64,000 nt of DNA from Eledone cirrhosa. Lineage: Eukaryota. The stretch is from the NCBI GenBank assembly GCA_964016885.1, contig OZ024764.1, positions 12,524,001-12,588,000 on the forward strand, read 5' to 3'. How positions within the stretch are numbered: position 1 is the first letter of the stretch; each line of letters begins with the position of its first letter. The notes beneath the pieces were generated by a model that did not search any database, was not told the DNA's origin, and saw nothing but the letters and a program-made list of their open reading frames with translations. A program made the position numbers and the translations under genes. Shown piece by piece: positions 54,560 to 64,000 of the stretch.

Positions 54560-54702
54560 ATCTCATTTCTACAGCTGAGTAAACTGGAGCAATGTGAAAT
54601 AAAGGGTCTTGCTCAAGGAAACAACACATCACCCGGTCTGAGAATTGAACTCACAACCTTTCGATTGCAAGGCCAATGCTCTAACCACTAAGCCATGTGC
54701 CT
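54560..54702 (-). mobile_element. tRNA-derived SINE with CORE-like domain (different family)
   Basis: Minus strand: GGCACATGGCTTAGTGGTTAGAGCA (A-box), GTGAGTTCAATTC (B-box), CCTTGAGCAAGACCCTT (CORE-like). Confidence 0.75.
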
Positions 54703-55069
54703 CCTTTATATATATATATATACGTACACATATATATATATACACACATACATATACACATATATAGACACATACACATATATATATATATACACATAGA
54801 TATAGACACATACATATACACATATATACACACACACATATACACAGATATACACACACACATATACACATATATACACACATATACATATATACATACA
54901 CACACACACACACACACATATATACAGATATACACACATATACATATATACATATACACATATACACACACATACATATACATATATACACATATATATA
55001 CATATATACACACACAACAGCATTGATTAGAAAAGACAAGATAGATCTGAAAATAATTACAACACCCCC

Positions 55070-56450
55070 CACAACCACACACACACATCTACACACACAC
55101 GCATATCTACACACACACGCATATCTACACACACACGCATATCTACACATCTACACACACAGAGACACACATATAGACATACACAGACTCACATCTACAC
55201 AACCACACACACACACATCTACACAACCACACACACACACATCTACACATACACACACAGAGACACACATATAGACATACACAGACTCACACATCTACAC
55301 AACCACACACACACATCTACACACACACGCATATCTACACATACACACACATATAGACATATACAGACTCACACATCTACACACACACACATCTACACAA
55401 CCACACACACACACATCTACACAACCACACACACACACATCTACACGACACACACACACATCTACACAACCACACACACAGACACACATATAGACATACA
55501 CAGACTCACACATCTACACAACCACACACACACACATCTACACGACACACACACACATCTACACATACACACACAGAGACACACATATAGACATACACAG
55601 ACTCACACATCTACACAACCACACACACATCTACACACACACGCATATCTACACATACACACACATATAGACATATACAGACTCACACATCTACACACAC
55701 ACACATCTACACAACCACACACACAGACACACATATAGACATACACAGACTCACACATCTACACACACACACATCTACACGACACACACACACATCTACA
55801 CAGACACACATATAGACATACACAGACTCACACATCTACACACACACACATCTACACAACCACACACACATATCTACACATACACACAGAGACACACATA
55901 TAGACATACAGACTCACACATCTACACACACACATCTACACAACAACAACACACACATCTACACAACCACACACACACATCTACACATACACACACAGAG
56001 ACATACATATAGACATACACAGACTCACACATCTACACAACCACACACACACACATCTACACATACACATATAGACATACACAGACTCACATATCTACAC
56101 ACACACATCTACACAACCACACACACACACATCTACACAACCACACACATCTACACACATATAGACACACACACACATCTACACAACCACACACACACAC
56201 ACATCTACACACCACACACACACACATCTACACAACCACACACACAGAGACACACATATAGACATACACAGACTCACACATCTACACACACAGCTACACA
56301 ACCACACACACACACATCTACACAACCACACACACACACATCTACACATACACAACACAGAGACACACATATAGACTCACACATCTACACAGACACACAT
56401 CTACACAACCACACACATCTACACAGCCACACACACACACACATACACAT
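55070..56450 (+). repeat. CA-rich compound minisatellite (ACATCTACACAACC / ATAGACATACACAGACTC)
   Basis: Direct reading. Confidence 0.9.
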
Positions 56451-56746
56451 AAAATTGCTGGCCTTGTGCTTAAATCTGAAACCATTATTATTATTATTAT
56501 TATTATCAGCAGTAGCAGTGGTAGTAGTAGTATTAGTAGCAGTAGTAGTAGTAGTAGTGACAACAACAACAACAACAACACCAATGAACCAAGACATTAA
56601 AGAATGCTTCTTAAAATAGAAACCTAGATTAAGTAAAGAAGGGGGGGGGGGGTTGTCCCTCTCCCCTCCCCCTCCCCCTACATCTTTTCTATAGATTCCG
56701 GGTGAGTGATCTTTAATCCCTAATTTCAGTGTGTATATAGTTCTAT

Positions 56747-56749
<3 letters not shown>

Positions 56750-56799
<50 letters not shown>

Positions 56800-57056
56800 T
56801 ATATGTATGTATACGTACATATATATATATTTATATATATATATATATATATGTACGCATATATATGTATATATATGCATGTATACGTATGTATATATAT
56901 GCATGTATTCATACATATATATATATATATACATATATATATGCGTGTTTGTGTGTCAATGAATTTCTATGCATATATATATATATATATATATGTACAT
57001 ATACATGCATATATATATATACATATATATGCGTACATATATATATATATGTGTGC

Positions 57057-57102
<46 letters not shown>

Positions 57103-57144
57103 GTATGTATATGTGTATATATATATATATATATTACATATATA

Positions 57145-57178
<34 letters not shown>

Positions 57179-57270
57179 CATATATATGTATATGTGTATA
57201 TATATACATATATATATATATATATACATATATATGTAATATATATATATATATATACACATATACATAC

Positions 57271-57314
<44 letters not shown>

Positions 57315-57315
57315 G

Positions 57316-57347
<32 letters not shown>

Positions 57348-57367
57348 CATACATATGTATGTATATG

Positions 57368-57398
<31 letters not shown>

Positions 57399-57401
57399 GT
57401 A

Positions 57402-57458
<57 letters not shown>

Positions 57459-57540
57459 GTATTTACATATATATATATATATATGTATGTATATGTGTGT
57501 ATATGTGTATATATATATATACACACATATCTATACATAC
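56750..57540. repeat. (TA)n-rich microsatellite
   Basis: Direct reading. Confidence 0.95.
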
Positions 57541-57644
57541 ATTCCTTAGCATTGTCTGAGAGACAGTAAATAAGTTTTAATTGTCTCTAACACCCCTACC
57601 ACTCCACGCTACCACCCATAACAAGCACGCCCACGTACCACACG

Positions 57645-58560
57645 ACACCACTACACCACCACCACTACTACTGCCAACACCATGACACAGCCACTACTAC
57701 TGCCAACACCGCTACACAGCCACTACTACTGCCAACACCACTACACAGCCAGTACTACTGCCAACACCATGACACCACCACCACTACTACTGCCAACACC
57801 ACTACACAGCCAGTACTACTGCCAACACCATGACACCACCACCACTACTACTGCCAACACCACTACACAGCCAGTACTACTGCCAACACCACGACACAGC
57901 TACTACTACTGCCAACACCACTACACCACCACCACTACTGCCAACACCACTACATCACCACCACCACTACTGCCAACACCACTACATCACCACCACCACT
58001 ACTGCCAACACCACTACACCACCACCACTACTGCCAACACCACTACATCACCACCACCACTACTGCCAACACCACTACACCACCACCACTACTGCCAACA
58101 CCACTACATCACCACCACCACTACACAGCCAGTACTACTGCCAACACCACTACATCACCACCATCACTACTGCCACCACGATACCACCACTACTACTGCC
58201 AACACCACTACACAGCCAGAACCACCACTAACACCTCCATAACATGACAGCACTACACCACCATAACACCACTACACAACCACACCACCACTACTACTGC
58301 CAACACCACTACACAACCACACCACCACTACTACTGCCAACACCACTACACAACCACACCACCACTACTACTGCCAACACCACTACACAGCCACAACCAC
58401 CACTAACACCTCCATAACATGACAGCACTACACCACCATAACACCACTACACAACCACACCACCACTACTACTGCCAACACCACTACACCGCCACCACTA
58501 CTACTGCCAACACCACCACAACACGACAGCACCACCACAACACCACTACACAGTCAGATC
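57645..58560 (+). repeat. CCACTACTACTGCCAACACCACTACA-type ~30-bp minisatellite
   Basis: Direct reading. Confidence 0.9.
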
Positions 58561-58643
58561 CACTACCAACACCACACCTCAGCACAGCACCGTCACCAAT
58601 CATACATGACACCGCTCCACAATCATTGCCTATATATATATAT

Positions 58644-58684
<41 letters not shown>

Positions 58685-58885
58685 TATATATGTATATATA
58701 TATATATATATGTGTGTGAGTATATATATACACACACATGGTTGAGGGCTGGGAGGGGGGAGGGGTGATTGGAAAGAATGGGAGAGAATCGGAAAGAAGG
58801 GATTTGAGTGGGGGTGTGTGGCGGTGTGGGAGAAAAAGGGACCGCAGTGTCAGAGAGAGAGAGATAGATATAGAGATAGTGGGAG

Positions 58886-58948
<63 letters not shown>

Positions 58949-58971
58949 TATATATATATATAAATATAGAG

Positions 58972-59014
<43 letters not shown>

Positions 59015-59027
59015 TCTATATATATAC

Positions 59028-59083
<56 letters not shown>

Positions 59084-59639
59084 GGAGGGAGGAAGTATAG
59101 AAAAAATCAGAGATGGTGGTGGTGTGATGGAGGATTGAGGTGGGTTTTTGTGTGGAGGAGCTGACGAGAAATAGCAAGAAGAAGAAAAAAAAAAAAAAAA
59201 AAAAAAAGAAAGAAATTTCACAAAAAACAAAAAAACAAAAAAAGAAGGGGTAGGCGGGCATTCTTTAAGATTCCTTTAAAGTACGTCCAGTGAAGCGTGG
59301 AGTCAACTTCGATTACCGCTGCTGATATGCATGTGTGCACACACGGCTGCTTGCCAGCTTCCCTGTCTTTGCTTTCTTGCACGTCTATGTGCACCTTGTA
59401 ATATACAATGTAATTGCACACAACACAAACAAGTGCTCCCCCTGCCTGCTGCCAAACACCGCCGCGACTGCCACCACCGCCAACAACACCACCACCTCCA
59501 CCACTGCTACCAACATATCTACACATCCCTGCTACAGAGACATTTAAATTTTTTAAAAAAATGCCATACATAACACTAATTATATATATATATATATGTG
59601 TGTGTGTATATATATATATAGGGATAAATATATATATTT

Positions 59640-59673
<34 letters not shown>

Positions 59674-59675
59674 TT

Positions 59676-59707
<32 letters not shown>

Positions 59708-59798
59708 TTATATATGTATATATATATAGAGAGAGAGAGATAAATATATATATATAGATAAATATATATATATATTTACACACACACATATATATATA

Positions 59799-59829
<31 letters not shown>

Positions 59830-59943
59830 GTAAATATATATATATATATATACACACACACATATATATATATTTACACACATATATATATGTATATATA
59901 TATATATACACACACACATATATATATATATATACTGTGTGTA

Positions 59944-59974
<31 letters not shown>

Positions 59975-60116
59975 ATATATATATATATACATACACACAC
60001 ACACACATACATAGACACATATATATATATAAATGTACATATATACAAATCTAAACACACACACATACATATACATATGTATATATATTTACACACAAAC
60101 ACACACATCTATAGGC

Positions 60117-60159
<43 letters not shown>

Positions 60160-60359
60160 TATATACATACATATATATATATATATACATGTATATATAC
60201 ACACAAACACAACTAATTACCTTTCTACCAACAGAATCCTCTATGAGACAATACACGAATTTACTGCATGTATAATTGTATATAAATAACTGAACAAAGC
60301 ATTAAGGTGTGTATATAATATACACAACAATTGAATGTTTGTAAAAGTGAGTGTATATA

Positions 60360-60423
60360 TTTATCTATCTATCTATCTATCAAGCAGTCTAACTGTCTAT
60401 CTCTCTCTATATCTATCTGTCTT

Positions 60424-60459
<36 letters not shown>

Positions 60460-60524
60460 ATCTCTATCTATCTATCTATCTCCCTCTATCTATCTATCTA
60501 TCTATCTCTATATCTATCTGTCTT

Positions 60525-60558
<34 letters not shown>

Positions 60559-60583
60559 CCCTCTATCTATCTATCTATATATC

Positions 60584-60615
<32 letters not shown>
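60360..60615 (+). repeat. (TATC)n microsatellite
   Basis: Direct reading. Confidence 0.95.
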
Positions 60616-60616
<1 letters not shown>

Positions 60617-61850
60617 TGTATGTAAACTTCCCCCTTTGTATTTGTCCCCTTCTTTTGTGCCCCTGTGGCTAATAAAGAAATATATCTATCTATCTATCTA
60701 TCTATCTGTCTTTCTATCTATCTCATTGTCATGATTAAACTGCCACCCTCCTTCAAAAACGAAGGAGAGGCGGTTTTCCTTTGTGTGATAGCTATGGCGA
60801 AAGAGGTTGTATGGTGGACAAGGTTGAAAGGGCTGAGGTCAGACACCTTTCTCTCCGGCCAACAACTGATTCTGTTTTTTCAAATACCACTTTGGAAGAA
60901 GAATCAGGATGGAGAGAGAGATGCTGTACCCCAGCAAGTTTTATGAAAGGTGGGTGAAAGTGGCGAGAATGGCCCGAGTGAATGGGCCTTCTCTCTATAT
61001 CAGCCTGTAGGTTGAGGAAAAAGAGGAAGAGAGGCACGGGGTATAAACTCTTCGTACTCCTGGAGATGATGGTTGCACATTTTTTCGGGGGGTATGTGTT
61101 ACCCATATAAACTGTCTCCCTCTATTGGGGAAAATCGATTAATTTTTAAATTGCATTTGTGATAATATTTTACACGTTTTTGTTCTATGTAAACTTCCCC
61201 CTTTGTATTTGTCCCCTTCTTTTGTGCCCTTGTGGCTAATACAGAAACATATCTATCTATCTGTCTGTCTGTCTGAGTCCATAGTAAGGATCAAACCTCC
61301 ACATTCATTTCGAAACGAAAGAGAGGCGGTTTTCCTCTGCACAGTGGCTATGGTGAAAGAGGTTACATGGTGGACGAGATTGAGAGGACTGAGGACAGAT
61401 GCCTTTCTCTCCGGACAACAACTCATTCCCTTCTTTAGGTACCACTTTAGAAGGAGAATCAGAGTGGAGAGAGAGGCACTGCACCCCAGTAAATTTACTG
61501 AAAGGTGGGTGAATGTAGCAAAAATGGCCCCTGTGATTGGGCCTTCTCTGTATATAAACCTGTAGGTTAAAGAATAGAGCAAAAGGAAGACAGGAGCACT
61601 TGCACAACATGTTCCTGGAGTTGAGGGTTGTTCTATCTACGGGGTATAAAACAACCCATTTGTGGCGCCTGCCCCCTATTGGGGATTTCGATTGTTGAAT
61701 TTGTATGTTAAAACTTTTTATACGACTGTATGTAAAATCCCCGGCATGTGTCTTTGTATTGTCCCCTTTTCTTGTGCGCCCTTGTGGCAAATAAAGAAAT
61801 ATATCTATCTTAAAGAGGTAAGATGGTGGACGAGGTTAAAAGGACTGAGG
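60617..61850 (+). mobile_element. Four stacked Tx1/L1-like LINE fragments (3' stub 60617-60680; 60722-61250; ~61275-61800; stub 61812-61850)
   Basis: ORF remnants AVFLC..AM(A/V)KEV.WWTRL.GLR...FF..H...RIR.ERE.L....F.ERW; units end in AATAAAGAAA (AATACAGAAA in one) followed by TATC repeats. Confidence 0.72.
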
Positions 61851-61867
61851 GAGAAATCCTCAGAAAA

Positions 61868-61918
61868 GCTTTCCTGATGATTTCCTTCGAATGAAACAGT
61901 TCTAGTCCTGTAGAAGCC
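61868..61918 (+). ncRNA. Type I hammerhead ribozyme motif (same family as 10444-10498)
   Basis: GCUUUC-CUGAUGA-UUUCCUUCGAAU-GAA-ACAG-UUCUAGUC-CUGU-A-GAAGCC; predicted cut after A61912. Confidence 0.8.
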
Positions 61919-62339
61919 ATTTCTATATTAAATATTTATACTCTGTTATGTATTGAGTACTTTACTTACTGTGGTTACCCCCGATTGAACCTGGGATAAA
62001 CCTATATATATATATAGAGAGAGAGAGAGAAATTAAATAAAAATGGCATAGGCATTACAATACAACGGGAGGAAACATAATAGTACCACTGATGATGTTA
62101 CAGATGTGCAACAAAAGAACTTTGATAGACTATATATATATATATATTTATATCTGTATATTTAACTGCTGGTCAATCAATGATAAACATTGATTGCCAA
62201 ATAAATTAACTATGGAGATATAAAAGATACAGAAGCGAAAACCAACCAAACAGTGAGTGTGTTCTGTTATTATTTCTGGCAATATTACAACAATATGGCC
62301 CTCCCCAAGTATAACAATATATATATATATATGTGTGTG

Positions 62340-62373
<34 letters not shown>

Positions 62374-62659
62374 TTCTATTTATATACACACACTACACAC
62401 ATAAATATATGTATTTATATATATATATAGAGAGAGAGACAGAGAGTGAGAGAGAGAGAAAGAGAGAGAGAGAGAGAAAGAGAGACAGAAAGAGAGAGGG
62501 AGTCAGAGAGAAAGATAGATGGACAAGGACACGCACATAGACAGTGAGACAGACAGCGCCCTCTGGGGGCATATCTTTGTTAACTCCATGCCTTATAAAA
62601 TAATTGTGTTTCCAAGCAGTGAATATTGAATGAGAGAGACAATGCTTTAATCTACTGTA

Positions 62660-63198
62660 AAAACCATAACCATCATCATCATCACCATCATTATCATCAT
62701 CATCACCATCATTATCATCACTATCATCATTATCATCATCATCAGCATCACCATCAGCATCATTATCATCACCACTATCATTATGATCATCACCATCACA
62801 ATCATCAACATCCCTATCACCACCACCACCGCCACTACCACCACCACCACCATCACTATCATCATCACCATCATCACCATCACCATCTCTATCACCACCA
62901 CCATCATTATCATCCCTACAACCACCACCACCACCACCACCATCATCATTCCTATCACCACCACCACCACTACCACCACTACCACTATCACCACCACCAC
63001 TACCACCACCATCACCACCACCACTACCACCACTACCACTATCACCATCACCATCACCACCATCATCATCATCCTACCACCACCACCAGCACCACCATCA
63101 TCAACATTCCTATCACCACCACCACCACCACCACTATCACCACCACTATCACCATCACCATCACCATCATTATCATCACTATCACCATCATCATCATT
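62660..63198 (+). repeat. (CAT/CAC)n tract
   Basis: Direct reading. Confidence 0.95.
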
Positions 63199-63208
63199 TT
63201 GTTACTAC

Positions 63209-63885
63209 AAAAAGCACCCAGCCCACACTGTAAAGTGGTCGTGGAGGTGCCACGGCAAAAAAGCACTCAGTACTCACTGTAAAGTGGTCGTGGAGGTGCC
63301 ACGGCAAAAAAGCACTCAGTACTCACTGTAAAGTGGTCGTGGAGGTGCCACGGCAAAAAAGTACTCAGTACTCACTGTAAAGTGGTCGTGGAGGTGCCAC
63401 GGCAAAAAAGTACTCAGTACTCACTGTAAAGTGGTCGTGGAGGTGCCACGGCAAAAAAGTACTCAGTACTCACTGTAAAGTGGTCGTGGAGGTGCCACGG
63501 CAAAAAAGTACTCAGTACTCACTGTAAAGTGGTCGTGGAGGTGCCACGGCAAAAAAGCACTCAGTACTCACTGTAAAGTGGTCGTGGAGGGGCCACGGCA
63601 AAAAAGCACACAGCACTCACTGTAAAGTGGTCGTGGAGGGGCCACGGTAAAAAAGCACACAGCACTCACTGTAAAGTGGTCGTGGAGGTGCCATGGCTAA
63701 AAAGCACTCAGTACTCACTGTAAATAAGGTTGGTGTTAGGAAGGACATCCAGCTGTAGAAACCGAGGCAAAAGCAGTTCTGTATGAGCAAGACATGGTCA
63801 CCTGACCTGGCATTGCCCTCGACAGGACAACCCGTCTAACCCATGCTAGCGTGGAAGAATGAACGTAAGATGATGATGATGATAT
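63209..63885 (+). mobile_element. RTE 3' UTR element whose internal 49-bp sub-repeat has expanded to ~10.5 tandem copies (63226-63725)
   Basis: Unit CACTGTAAAGTGGTCGTGGAGGTGCCACGGCAAAAAAG(C/T)ACTCAGTACT, followed by the normal RTE tail and (GAT)n. Confidence 0.9.
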
Positions 63886-64000
63886 ATATATATGAGGTTT
63901 TCACAAACTTTAACAGTTGCTAACTCACACATGGGAACCAGTAAAAGAACACACACACACATACACACACACACATATATATGTGTGGTGTTCACACACT

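Noticed and set aside
54620-54702. tRNA gene-like A/B boxes (also 29767-29860)
   Set aside because: These continue into SINE core domains and no full cloverleaf is evident; they are SINE heads, not tRNA genes

Overview
Repeat-saturated eukaryotic (animal) genomic DNA with no prokaryotic features. The (TA)n/(CA)n density and the SINE/RTE repertoire resemble coleoid cephalopod (Octopus-like) genomes; this is inference, not a database result. Nearly all ORFs in the supplied track are microsatellite or minisatellite artefacts. The only long genuine coding segment is a 5'-truncated RTE-clade LINE reverse-transcriptase ORF (51073-52250) with an embedded PHD-like finger, inserted into a 60-bp minisatellite. 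Also present: a decayed R4/Dong-like restriction-like-endonuclease (RLE) retrotransposon 3' end at ~1-2605 whose coding DNA has expanded into two minisatellites; Tx1/L1-like 3' fragments stacked in (TATC)n; piggyBac-like TTAA MITEs that seeded satellites; many tRNA-derived SINEs; and an ~11.7-kb 80/101-bp satellite. The most striking signal is a set of minimal type-I hammerhead ribozyme motifs in short (TA)n-embedded, Penelope-like elements: four with intact cores and several decayed, from at least three sequence families. No host protein-coding gene could be confidently identified; only isolated candidate exons are noted.
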